Assembly: GCA_964057225.1 (NCBI GenBank)
Contig: OZ059894.1
Coordinates: 186,001-250,000, forward strand
DNA from: Auanema rhodensis
Lineage: Eukaryota > Animalia > Nematoda
Length of the DNA stretch: 64,000 nt
Direction of reading: 5' to 3'
Shown here: positions 11,401 through 25,999 of the stretch, piece after piece
How positions within the stretch are numbered: the first letter of the stretch is position 1
How the letters are laid out: each line of letters begins with the position of its first letter
Position numbers and translations under genes: made by a program
The notes under the pieces: model-generated
Databases searched by the model: none
What the model was told of the DNA's origin: nothing
Seen by the model: the letters and a program-made list of their open reading frames with translations, nothing else

Positions 11401-14400
11401 CACGTGAAGCGAGTTACATACCAAGTGCACATCACGTGTACATTTAATTAGCATAAATTAAAGTTCACGTAAATTTCAAAGTCATGGTTACCATGAACCA
11501 ATATCAATGAAAATTTGTTTTTAGACTAATATGGACATGGGGAATCTAATTTTGAAAACTGCATCTCTTTATCTTTCACGTGAAGCGAGTTACATACCAA
11601 GTGCACATCACGTGTACATTCAATTAGCATAAATTAAAGTTCACGTAAATTTCAAAGACATGGTTACCATGAACCAATATCAATGAAAATTTGTTTTTAG
11701 ACTAATATGGACATGGGGAATCTAATTTTGAAAACCGCATCTCTTTATCTTTCACGTGAAGCGAGTTACATACCAAGTGCACATCACGTGTACATTTAAT
11801 TAGCATAAATTAAAGTTCACGTAAATTTCAAAGTCATGGTTACCATGCACCAATATCAATAAAAAATTGTTTTTAGACTAATATGGACATGGGGAATCTA
11901 ATTTTGAAAACCGCATCTCTTTATCTTTTACGTGAAGCGAGTTACATACCAAGTGCACATCACGTGTACATTTAATTAGCATAAATTAAAGTTCACGTTA
12001 ATTTCAAAGTCATGGTTACCATGCACCAATATCAATAAAAATTTGTTTTTAGACTAATATGGACATGGGGAATCTTATTTTGAAAACCGCATATCTTTAT
12101 CTTTCACGTGAAGCGAGTTACATACCAAGTGCACATCACGTGTACATTTAATTAGCATAAATTAAAGTTCACGTAAACTTCAAAGTCATGGTTACCATGC
12201 ACCAATATCAATAAAAATTTGTTTTTAGACTAATATGGACATGGGGAATCTTATTTTGAAAACCGCATCTCTTTATCTTTCACGTGAAGCGAGTTACATA
12301 CCAAGTGCACATCACGTGTACATTTAATTAGCATAAATTAAAGTTCACGTAAATTTCAAAGTCATGGTTACCATGCACCAATATCAATAAAAATTTGTTT
12401 TTAGACTAATATGGACATGGGGAATATAATTTTGAAAACCGCATCTCTTTATCTTTCACGTGAAGCGAGTTACATACCAAGTGCACATCACGTGTACATT
12501 TAATTAGCATAAATTAAAGTTCACGTAAATTTCAAAGTCATGGTTACCATGCACCAATATCAATAAAAATTTGTTTTTAGACTAATATGGACATGGGGAA
12601 TCTAATTTTGAAAACCGCATCTCTTTATCTTTCACGTGAAGCGAGTTACATACCAAGTGCACATCACGTGTACATTTAATTAGCATAAATTAAAGTTCAC
12701 GTAAATTTCAAAGTCATGGTTACCATGCACCAATATCAATAAAAAATTGTTTTTAGACTAATATGGACATGGGAAATCTAATTTTGAAAACCGCATCTCT
12801 TTATCTTTCACGTGAAGCGAGTTACATACCAAGTGCACATCACGTGTACATTTAATTAGCATAAATTAAAGTTCACGTAAATTTCAAAGTCATGGTTACC
12901 ATGCACCAATATCAATAAAAATTTGTTTTTAGACTAATATGGACATGGGGAATCTGATTTTGAAAACCGCATCTCTTTATCTTTCACGTGAAGAGAGTTA
13001 CATACCAAGTGCACATCACGTGTACATTTAATTAGCATAAATTAAAGTTCACGTAAATTTCAAAGTCATGGTTACCATGCACCAATATCAATAAAAATTT
13101 GTTTTTAGACTAATATGGAGATGAGGAATCTAATTTTGAAAACCGCATCTCTTTATCTTTCACGTGAAGCGAGTTACATACCAAGTGCACATCACGTGTA
13201 CATTTAATTAGCATAAATTAAAGTTCACGTAAATTTCAAAGTTATGGTTACCATGCACCAATATCAATAAAAAATTGTTTTTAGACTAATATGGACATGG
13301 GAAATCTAATTTTGAAAACCGCATCTCTTTATCTTTCACGTGAAGCGAGTTACATACCAAGTGCACATCACGTGTACATTTAATTAGCATAAATTAAAGT
13401 TCACGTAAATTTCAAAGTCATGGTTACCATGAACCAATATCAATAAAAGTTTGTTTTTAGACTAATATGGACATGGGGAATCTAATTTTGAAAACCGCAT
13501 ATCTTTATCTTTCACGTGAAGCGAGTTACATACCAAGTGCACATCACGTGTACATTTAATTAGCATAAATTAAAGTTCAAGTAAATTTCAAAGTCATGGT
13601 TACCATGCACCAATATCAATAAAAAATTGTTTTTAGACTAATATGGACATGGGGAATCTAATTTTGAAAACCGCATCTCTTTATCTTTCACGTGAAGCGA
13701 GTTACATACCAAGTGCACATCACGTGTACATTTAATTAGCATAAATTAAAGTTCACGTTAATTTCAAAGTCATGGTTACCATGCACCAATATCAATAAAA
13801 ATTTGTTTTTAGACTAATATGGACATGGGGAATCTTATTTTGAAAACCGCATATCTTTATCTTTCACGTGAAGCGAGTTACATACCAAGTGCACATCACG
13901 TGTACATTTAATTAGCATAAATTAAAGTTCACGTAAACTTCAAAGTCATGGTTACCATGCACCAATATCAATAAAAATTTGTTTTTAGACTAATATGGAC
14001 ATGGGGAATCTTATTTTGAAAACCGCATCTCTTTATCTTTCACGTGAAGCGAGTTACATACCAAGTGCACATCACGTGTACATTTAATTAGCATAAATTA
14101 AAGTTCACGTAAATTTCAAAGTCATGGTTACCATGCACCAATATCAATAAAAATTTGTTTTTAGACTAATATGGACATGGGGAATCTAATTTTGAAAACC
14201 GCATCTCTTTATCTTTCACGTGAAGCGAGTTACATACCAAGTGCACATCACGTGTACATTTAATTAGCATAAATTAAAGTTCACGTAAATTTCAAAGTCA
14301 TGGTTACCATGCACCAATATCAATAAAAATTTGTTTTTAGACTAATATGGACATGAGGAATCTAGTTTTGAAAACCGCATCTCTTTATCTTTCACGTGAA

Positions 14401-17400
14401 GCGAGTTACATACCAAGTGCACATCACGTGTACATTTAATTAGCATAAATTAAAGTTCACGTAAATTTCAAAGTCATGGTTACCATGCACCAATATCAAT
14501 AAAAATTTGTTTTTAGACTAATATGTACATGGGGAATCTTATTTTGAAAACCGCATCTCTTTATCTTTCACGTGAAGCGAGTTACATACCAAGTGCACAT
14601 CACGTGTACATTTAATTAGCATAAATTAAAGTTCACGTAAATTTCAAAGTCATGGTTACCATGCACCAATATCAATAAAAATTTGTTTTTAGACTAATAT
14701 GGACATGGGGAATCTAATTTTGAAAACCGCATCTCTTTATCTTTCACGTGAAGCGAGTTACATACCAAGTGCACATCACGTGTACATTTAATTAGCATAA
14801 ATTAAAGTTCACGTAAATTTCAAAGTCATGGTTACCATGCACCAATATCAATAAAAATTTGTTTTTAGACTAATATGGACATGAGGAATCTAATTTTGAA
14901 AACCGCATCTCTTTATCTTTCACGTGAAGCGAGTTACATACCAAGTGCACATCACGTGTACATTTAATTAGCAAAAATTAAAGTTCACGTAAATTTCAAA
15001 GTCATGGTTACCATGCACCAATATCAATAAAAATTTGTTTTTAGACTAATATGGACATGGGAAATCTAATTTTGAAAACCGCATCTCTTTATCTTTCACG
15101 TGAAGCGAGTTACATACCAAGTGCACATCACGTGTACATTTAATTAGCATAAATTAAAGTTCACGTAAATTTCCAAGTCATGGTTACCATGCACCAATAT
15201 CAATAAAAATTTGTTTTTAGACTAATATGGACATGGGGAATCCAATTTTAAAAACCGCATCTCTTTATCTTTCACGTGAAGCGAGTTACATACCAAGTGC
15301 ACATCACGTGTACATTTAATTAGCATAAATTAAAGTTCACGTAAACTTCAAAGTCATGGTTACCATGCACCAATATCAATAAAAATTTGTTTTTAGACTA
15401 ATATGGACATGGGGAATCTTATTTTGAAAACCGCATCTCTTTATCTTTCACGTGAAGCGAGTTACACACCAAGTGCACATCACGTGTACATTTAATTAGC
15501 ATAAATTAAAGTTCACGTAAATTTCAAAGTCATGGTTACCATGCACCAATATCAATAAAAATTTGTTTTTAGACTAATATGGACATGGGGAATCTAATTT
15601 TGAAAACCGCATCTCTTTATCTTTCACGTGAAGCGAGTTACATACCAAGTGCACATCACGTGTACATTTAATTAGCATAAAGTAAAGTTCACGTAAATTT
15701 CAAAGTCATGGTTATCATGCACCAATATCAATAAAAATTTGTTTTTAGACTAATATGGACATGGGGAATCTAATTTTGAAAACCGCATCTCTCTATCTTT
15801 CACGTGAAGCGAGTTACATACCAAGTGCACATCACGTGTACATTTAATTAGCATAAATTAAAGTTCACGTAAATTTCAAAGTCATGGTTACCATGCACCA
15901 ATATCAATAAAAATTTGTTTTTAGACTAATATGGACATGAGGAATCTAATTTTGAAAACCGCATCTCTTTATCTTTCACGTGAAGCGAGTTACATACCAA
16001 GTGCACATCACGTGTACATTTAATTAGCATAAATTAAAGTTCACGTAAATTTCAAAGTCATCGTTACCATGCACCAATATCAATAAATATTTGTTTTTAG
16101 ACTAATATGGACATGGGGAATCTAATTTTGAAAACCGCATCTCTTTATCTTTCACGTGAAGCGAGTTACATACCAAGTGCACATCACGTGTACATTTAAT
16201 TAGCATAAATTAAAGTTCACGTAAATTTCAAAGTCATGGTTACCATAAACCAATATCAATAAAAATTTGTTTTTAGACTAATATGGACATGGGGAATCTA
16301 ATTTTGAAAACCGCATCTCTTTATCTTTCACGTGAAGCGAGTTACATACCAAGTGCACATCACGTGTACATTCAATTAGCATAAATTAAAGTTCACGTAA
16401 ATTTCAAAGACATGGTTACCATGAACCAATATCAATGAAAATTTGTTTTTAGACTAATATGGACATGGGGAATCTAATTTTGAAAACCGCATCTCTTTAT
16501 CTTTCACGTGAAGCGAGTTACATACCAAGTGCACATCACGTGTACATTTAATTAGCATAAATTAAAGTTCACGTAAATTTCAAAGTCATGGTTACCATGC
16601 ACCAATATCAATAAAAAATTGTTTTTAGACTAATATGGACATGGGGAATCTAATTTTGAAAACCGCATCTCTTTATCTTTCACGTGAAGCGAGTTACATA
16701 CCAAGTGCACATCACGTGTACATTTAATTAGCATAAATTAAAGTTCACGTTAATTTCAAAGTCATGGTTACCATGCACCAATATCAATAAAAATTTGTTT
16801 TTAGACTAATATGGACATGGGGAATCTTATTTTGAAAACCGCATATCTTTATCTTTCACGTGAAGCGAGTTACATACCAAGTGCACATCACGTGTACATT
16901 TAATTAGCATAAATTAAAGTTCACGTAAACTTCAAAGTCATGGTTACCATGCACCAATATCAATAAAAATTTGTTTTTAGACTAATATGGACATGGGGAA
17001 TCTTATTTTGAAAACCGCATCTCTTTATCTTTCACGTGAAGCGAGTTACATACCAAGTGCACATCACGTGTACATTTAATTAGCATAAATTAAAGTTCAC
17101 GTAAATTTCAAAGTCATGGTTACCATGCACCAATATCAATAAAAATTTGTTTTTAGACTAATATGGACATGAGGAATCTAGTTTTGAAAACCGCATCTCT
17201 TTATCTTTCACGTGAAGCGAGTTACATACCAAGTGCACATCACGTGTACATTTAATTAGCATAAATTAAAGTTCACGTAAATTTCAAAGTCATGGTTACC
17301 ATGCACCAATATCAATAAAAATTTGTTTTTAGACTAATATGTACATGGGGAATCTTATTTTGAAAACCGCATCTCTTTATCTTTCACGTGAAGCGAGTTA

Positions 17401-20400
17401 CATACCAAGTGCACATCACGTGTACATTTAATTAGCATAAATTAAAGTTCACGTAAATTTCAAAGTCATGGTTACCATGCACCAATATCAATAAAAATTT
17501 GTTTTTAGACTAATATGGACATGGGGAATCTAATTTTGAAAACCGCATCTCTTTATCTTTCACGTGAAGCGAGTTACATACCAAGTGCACATCACGTGTA
17601 CATTTAATTAGCATAAATTAAAGTTCACGTAAATTTCAAAGTCATGGTTACCATGCACCAATATCAATAAAAATTTGTTTTTAGACTAATATGGACATGA
17701 GGAATCTAATTTTGAAAACCGCATCTCTTTATCTTTCACGTGAAGCGAGTTACATACCAAGTGCACATCACGTGTACATTTAATTAGCAAAAATTAAAGT
17801 TCACGTAAATTTCAAAGTCATGGTTACCATGAACCAATATCAATAAAAATTTGTTTTTAGACTAATATGGACATGGGGAATCTAATTTTGAAAACCGCAT
17901 CTCTTTATCTTTCACGTGAAGCGAGTTACATACCAAGTGCACATCACGTGTACATTTAATTAGCATAAATTAAAGTTCACGTAAATTTCAAAGTCATGGT
18001 TACCATGCACCAATATCAATAAAAATTTGTTTTTAGACTAATATGGACATGGGGAATCTAATTTTGAAAACCGCATCTCTTTATCTTTCACGTGAAGCGA
18101 GTTACATACCAAGTGCACATCACGTGTACATTTAATTAGCATAAATTAAAGTTCACGTAAATTTCAAAGTCATGGTTACCATGCACCAATATCAATAAAA
18201 ATTTGTTTTTAGACTAATATGGACATGAGGAATCTAATTTTGAAAACCGCATCTCTTTATCTTTCACGTGAAGCGAGTTACATACCAAGTGCACATCACG
18301 TGTACATTTAATTAGCAAAAATTAAAGTTCACGTAAATTTCAAAGTCATGGTTACCATGCACCAATATCAATAAAAATTTGTTTTTAGACTAATATGGAC
18401 ATGGGAAATCTAATTTTGAAAACCGCATCTCTTTATCTTTCACGTGAAGCGAGTTACATACCAAGTGCACATCACGTGTACATTTAATTAGCATAAATTA
18501 AAGTTCACGTAAATTTCAAAGTCATGGTTACCATGCACCAATATCAATAAAAATTTGTTTTTAGACTAATATGGACATGGGGAATCCAATTTTAAAAACC
18601 GCATCTCTTTATCTTTCACGTGAAGCGAGTTACATACCAAGTGCACATCACGTGTACATTTAATTAGCATAAATTAAAGTTCACGTAAATTTCAAAGTCA
18701 TGGTTACCATGAACCAATATCAATGAAAATTTGTTTTTAGACTAATATGGACATGGGGAATCTAATTTTGAAAACCGCATCTCTTTATCTTTCACGTGAA
18801 GCGAGTTACATACCAAGTGCACATCACGTGTACATTCAATTAGCATAAATTAAAGTTCACGTAAATTTCAAAGACATGGTTACCATGAACCAATATCAAT
18901 GAAAATTTGTTTTTAGACTAATATGGACATGGGGAATCTAATTTTGAAAACCGCATCTCTTTATCTTTCACGTGAAGCGAGTTACATACCAAGTGCACAT
19001 CACGTGTACATTTAATTAGCATAAATTAAAGTTCACGTAAATTTCAAAGTCATGGTTACCATGCACCAATATCAATAAAAAATTGTTTTTAGACTAATAT
19101 GGACATGGGGAATCTAATTTTGAAAACCGCATCTCTTTATCTTTTACGTGAAGCGAGTTACATACCAAGTGCACATCACGTGTACATTTAATTAGCATAA
19201 ATTAAAGTTCACGTTAATTTCAAAGTCATGGTTACCATGCACCAATATCAATAAAAATTTGTTTTTAGACTAATATGGACATGGGGAATCTTATTTTGAA
19301 AACCGCATATCTTTATCTTTCACGTGAAGCGAGTTACATACCAAGTGCACATCACGTGTACATTTAATTAGCATAAATTAAAGTTCACGTAAACTTCAAA
19401 GTCATGGTTACCATGCACCAATATCAATAAAAATTTGTTTTTAGACTAATATGGACATGGGGAATCTTATTTTGAAAACCGCATCTCTTTATCTTTCACG
19501 TGAAGCGAGTTACATACCAAGTGCACATCACGTGTACATTTAATTAGCATAAATTAAAGTTCACGTAAATTTCAAAGTCATGGTTACCATGCACCAATAT
19601 CAATAAAAATTTGTTTTTAGACTAATATGGACATGGGGAATATAATTTTGAAAACCGCATCTCTTTATCTTTCACGTGAAGCGAGTTACATACCAAGTGC
19701 ACATCACGTGTACATTTAATTAGCATAAATTAAAGTTCACGTAAATTTCAAAGTCATGGTTACCATGCACCAATATCAATAAAAATTTGTTTTTAGACTA
19801 ATATGGACATGGGGAATCTAATTTTGAAAACCGCATCTCTTTATCTTTCACGTGAAGCGAGTTACATACCAAGTGCACATCACGTGTACATTTAATTAGC
19901 ATAAATTAAAGTTCACGTAAATTTCAAAGTCATGGTTACCATGCACCAATATCAATAAAAAATTGTTTTTAGACTAATATGGACATGGGAAATCTAATTT
20001 TGAAAACCGCATCTCTTTATCTTTCACGTGAAGCGAGTTACATACCAAGTGCACATCACGTGTACATTTAATTAGCATAAATTAAAGTTCACGTAAATTT
20101 CAAAGTCATGGTTACCATGCACCAATATCAATAAAAATTTGTTTTTAGACTAATATGGACATGGGGAATCTAATTTTGAGAACCGCATCTCTTTATCTTT
20201 CACGTGAAGAGAGTTACATACCAAGTGCACATCACGTGTACATTTAATTAGCATAAATTAAAGTTCACGTAAATTTCAAAGTCATGGTTACCATGCACCA
20301 ATATCAATAAAAATTTGTTTTTAGACTAATATGGAGATGAGGAATCTAATTTTGAAAACCGCATCTCTTTATCTTTCACGTGAAGCGAGTTACATACCAA

Positions 20401-22509
20401 GTGCACATCACGTGTACATTTAATTAGCATAAATTAAAGTTCACGTAAATTTCAAAGTTATGGTTACCATGCACCAATATCAATAAAAAATTGTTTTTAG
20501 ACTAATATGGACATGGGAAATCTAATTTTGAAAACCGCATCTCTTTATCTTTCACGTGAAGCGAGTTACATACCAAGTGCACATCACGTGTACATTTAAT
20601 TAGCATAAATTAAAGTTCACGTAAATTTCAAAGTCATGGTTACCATGAACCAATATCAATAAAAGTTTGTTTTTAGACTAATATGGACATGGGGAATCTA
20701 ATTTTGAAAACCGCATATCTTTATCTTTCACGTGAAGCGAGTTACATACCAAGTGCACATCACGTGTACATTTAATTAGCATAAATTAAAGTTCAAGTAA
20801 ATTTCAAAGTCATGGTTACCATGCACCAATATCAATAAAAAATTGTTTTTAGACTAATATGGACATGGGGAATCTAATTTTGAAAACCGCATCTCTTTAT
20901 CTTTCACGTGAAGCGAGTTACATACCAAGTGCACATCACGTGTACATTTAATTAGCATAAATTAAAGTTCACGTTAATTTCAAAGTCATGGTTACCATGC
21001 ACCAATATCAATAAAAATTTGTTTTTAGACTAATATGGACATGGGGAATCTTATTTTGAAAACCGCATATCTTTATCTTTCACGTGAAGCGAGTTACATA
21101 CCAAGTGCACATCACGTGTACATTTAATTAGCATAAATTAAAGTTCACGTAAACTTCAAAGTCATGGTTACCATGCACCAATATCAATAAAAATTTGTTT
21201 TTAGACTAATATGGACATGGGGAATCTTATTTTGAAAACCGCATCTCTTTATCTTTCACGTGAAGCGAGTTACATACCAAGTGCACATCACGTGTACATT
21301 TAATTAGCATAAATTAAAGTTCACGTAAATTTCAAAGTCATGGTTACCATGCACCAATATCAATAAAAATTTGTTTTTAGACTAATATGGACATGGGGAA
21401 TCTAATTTTGAAAACCGCATCTCTTTATCTTTCACGTGAAGCGAGTTACATACCAAGTGCACATCACGTGTACATTTAATTAGCATAAATTAAAGTTCAC
21501 GTAAATTTCAAAGTCATGGTTACCATGCACCAATATCAATAAAAATTTGTTTTTAGACTAATATGGACATGAGGAATCTAGTTTTGAAAACCGCATCTCT
21601 TTATCTTTCACGTGAAGCGAGTTACATACCAAGTGCACATCACGTGTACATTTAATTAGCATAAATTAAAGTTCACGTAAATTTCAAAGTCATGGTTACC
21701 ATGCACCAATATCAATAAAAATTTGTTTTTAGACTAATATGTACATGGGGAATCTTATTTTGAAAACCGCATCTCTTTATCTTTCACGTGAAGCGAGTTA
21801 CATACCAAGTGCACATCACGTGTACATTTAATTAGCATAAATTAAAGTTCACGTAAATTTCAAAGTCATGGTTACCATGCACCAATATCAATAAAAATTT
21901 GTTTTTAGACTAATATGGACATGGGGAATCTAATTTTGAAAACCGCATCTCTTTATCTTTCACGTGAAGCGAGTTACATACCAAGTGCACATCACGTGTA
22001 CATTTAATTAGCATAAATTAAAGTTCACGTAAATTTCAAAGTCATGGTTACCATGCACCAATATCAATAAAAATTTGTTTTTAGACTAATATGGACATGA
22101 GGAATCTAATTTTGAAAACCGCATCTCTTTATCTTTCACGTGAAGCGAGTTACATACCAAGTGCACATCACGTGTACATTTAATTAGCAAAAATTAAAGT
22201 TCACGTAAATTTCAAAGTCATGGTTACCATGCACCAATATCAATAAAAATTTGTTTTTAGACTAATATGGACATGGGAAATCTAATTTTGAAAACCGCAT
22301 CTCTTTATCTTTCACGTGAAGCGAGTTACATACCAAGTGCACATCACGTGTACATTTAATTAGCATAAATTAAAGTTCACGTAAATTTCAAAGTCATGGT
22401 TACCATGCACCAATATCAATAAAAATTTGTTTTTAGACTAATATGGACATGGGGAATCCAATTTTAAAAACCGCATCTCTTTATCTTTCACGTGAAGCGA
22501 GTTACATAC
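8430..22509 (+). repeat. Tandem segmental duplication within the array: 39-mer copy (~8430-15293) followed by 41-mer copy (~15294-22509)
   Basis: Rare SNPs at 8603/15467, 8818/15682 and 9198/16062 recur at +6864 = 39x176. After two extra monomers at ~16.2-16.5 kb, SNPs at 9965/17181, 12994/20210, 13580/20796 and 15250/22466 recur at +7216 = 41x176. Boundaries are approximate (within about 60 bp). Confidence 0.9.
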
Positions 22510-25500
22510 CAAGTGCACATCACGTGTACATTTAATTAGCATAAATTAAAGTTCACGTAAATTTCAAAGTCATGGTTACCATGAACCAATATCAATGAAA
22601 ATTTGTTTTTAGACTAATATGGACATGGGGAATCTAATTTTGAAAACCGCATCTCTTTATCTTTCACGTGAAGCGAGTTACATACCAAGTGCACATCACG
22701 TGTACATTCAATTAGCATAAATTAAAGTTCACGTAAATTTCAAAGACATGGTTACCATGAACCAATATCAATGAAAATTTGTTTTTAGACTAATATGGAC
22801 ATGGGGAATCTAATTTTGAAAACCGCATCTCTTTATCTTTCACGTGAAGCGAGTTACATACCAAGTGCACATCACGTGTACATTTAATTAGCATAAATTA
22901 AAGTTCACGTAAATTTCAAAGTCATGGTTACCATGCACCAATATCAATAAAAAATTGTTTTTAGACTAATATGGACATGGGGAATCTAATTTTGAAAACC
23001 GCATCTCTTTATCTTTTACGTGAAGCGAGTTACATACCAAGTGCACATCACGTGTACATTTAATTAGCATAAATTAAAGTTCACGTTAATTTCAAAGTCA
23101 TGGTTACCATGCACCAATATCAATAAAAATTTGTTTTTAGACTAATATGGACATGGGGAATCTTATTTTGAAAACCGCATATCTTTATCTTTCACGTGAA
23201 GCGAGTTACATACCAAGTGCACATCACGTGTACATTTAATTAGCATAAATTAAAGTTCACGTAAATTTCAAAGTCATGGTTACCATGCACCAATATCAAT
23301 AAAAATTTGTTTTTAGACTAATATGGACATGGGGAATATAATTTTGAAAACCGCATCTCTTTATCTTTCACGTGAAGCGAGTTACATACCAAGTGCACAT
23401 CACGTGTACATTTAATTAGCATAAATTAAAGTTCACGTAAATTTCAAAGTCATGGTTACCATGCACCAATATCAATAAAAATTTGTTTTTAGACTAATAT
23501 GGACATGAGGAATCTAATTTTGAAAACCGCATCTCTTTATCTTTCACGTGAAGCGAGTTACATACCAAGTGCACATCACGTGTACATTTAATTAGCATAA
23601 ATTAAAGTTCACGTAAATTTCAAAGTCATGGTTACCATGCACCAATATCAATAAAAATTTGTTTTTAGACTAATATGTACATGGGGAATCTTATTTTGAA
23701 AACCGCATCTCTTTATCTTTCACGTGAAGCGAGTTACATACCAAGTGCACATCACGTGTACATTTAATTAGCATAAATTAAAGTTCACGTAAATTTCAAA
23801 GTCATGGTTACCATGCACCAATATCAATAAAAATTTATTTTTAGACTAATATGGAGATGAGGAATCTAATTTTGAAAACCGCATCTCTTTATCTTTCACG
23901 TGAAGCGAGTTACATACCAAGTGCACATCACGTGTACATTTAATTAGCATAAATTAAAGTTCACGTAAATTTCAAAGTTATGGTTACCATGCACCAATAT
24001 CAATAAAAAATTGTTTTTAGACTAATATGGACATGGGAAATCTAATTTTGAAAACCGCATCTCTTTATCTTTCACGTGAAGCGAGTTACATACCAAGTGC
24101 ACATCACGTGTACATTCAATTAGCATAAATTAAAGTTCACGTAAATTTCAAAGTCATGGTTACCATGAACCAATATCAATAAAAGTTTGTTTTTAGACTA
24201 ATATGGACATGGGGAATCAAATTTTGAAAACCGCATCTCTTTATCTTTCACGTGAAGCGAGTTACATACCAAGTGCACATCACGTGTACATTTAATTAGC
24301 ATAAATTAAAGTTCACGTAAATTTCAAAGTCATGGTTACCATGCACCAATATCAATAAAAATTTGTTTTTAGACTAATATGGACATGGGGAATCTAATTT
24401 TGAAAACCGCATCTCTTTATCTTTCACGTGAAGCGAGTTACATACCAAGTGCACATCACGTGTACATTTAATTAGCATAAATTAAAGTTCACGTAAATTT
24501 CAAAGTCATGGTTACCATGAACCAATATCAATGAAAATTTGTTTTTAGACTAATATGGACATGGGGAATCAAATTTTGAAAACCGCATCTCTTTATCTTT
24601 CACGTGAAGCGAGTTACATACCAAGTGCACATCACGTGTACATTTAATTAGCATAAATTAAAGTTCACGTAAATTTCAAAGTCATGGTTACCATGAACCA
24701 ATATCAATAAAAATTTGTTTTTAGACTAATATGGACATGGGGAATCTAATTTTGAAAACCGCATCTCTTTATCTTTCACGTGAAGCGAGTTACATACCAA
24801 GTGCACATCACGTGTACATTTAATTAGCATAAATTAAAGTTCACGTAAATTTCAAAGACATGGTTACCATGAACCAATATCAATGAAAATTTGTTTTTAG
24901 ACTAATATGGACATGGGAAATCTAATTTTGAAAACCGCATCTCTTTATCTTTCACGTGAAGCGAGTTACATTCCAAGTGCACATCACGTGTACATTTAAT
25001 TAGCATAAATTAAAGTTCACGTAAATTTCAAAGTCATGGTTACCATGCACCAATATCAATAAAAATTTGTTTTTAGACTAATATGGACATGGGGAATCTT
25101 ATTTTGAAAACCGCATATCTTTATCTTTCACGTGAAGCGAGTTACATACCAAGTGCACATCACGTGTACATTTAATTAGCATAAATTAAAGTTCACGTAA
25201 ACTTCAAAGTCATGGTTATCATGCACCAATATCAATAAAAATTTGTTTTTAGACTAATATGGACATGAGGAATCTAATTTTGAAAACCGCATCTCTTTAT
25301 CTTTCACGTGAAGCGAGTTACATACCAAGTGCCCATCACGTGTACATTTAATTAGCATAAATTAAAGTTCACGTAAATTTCAAAGACATGGTTACCATGA
25401 ACCAATATCAATGAAAATTTGTTTTTAGACTAATATGGACATGGGGAATCTAATTTTGAAAACCGCATCTCTTTATCGTTCACGTGAAGCGAGTTACATA

Positions 25501-25999
25501 CGAAGTGCACATCACGTGTACATTTAATTAGCATAAATTAAAGTTCACGTAAATTTCAAAGTCATGGTTACCATGCACCAATATCAATAAAAATTTGTTT
25601 TTAGACTAATATGGACATGGGGAATCTAATTTTGAAAACCGCATCTCTTTATCTTTCACGCGAAGCGAGTTACATACCAAGTGCACATCACGTGTACATT
25701 TAATTAGCATAAATTAAAGTTCACGTAAATTTCAAAGTCATGGTTACCATGCACCAATATCAATAAAAATTTGTTTTTAGACTAATATGTACATGGGGAA
25801 TCTTATTTTGAAAACCGCATCTCTTTATCTTTCACGTGAAGCGAGTTACATACCAAGTGCACATCACGTTTACATTTAATTAGCATAAATTAAAGTTCAC
25901 GTAAATTTCAAAGTCATGGTTACCATGCACCAATATCAATAAAAATTTGTTTTTAGACTAATATGGAGATGAGGAATCTAATTTTGAAAACCGCATCTC

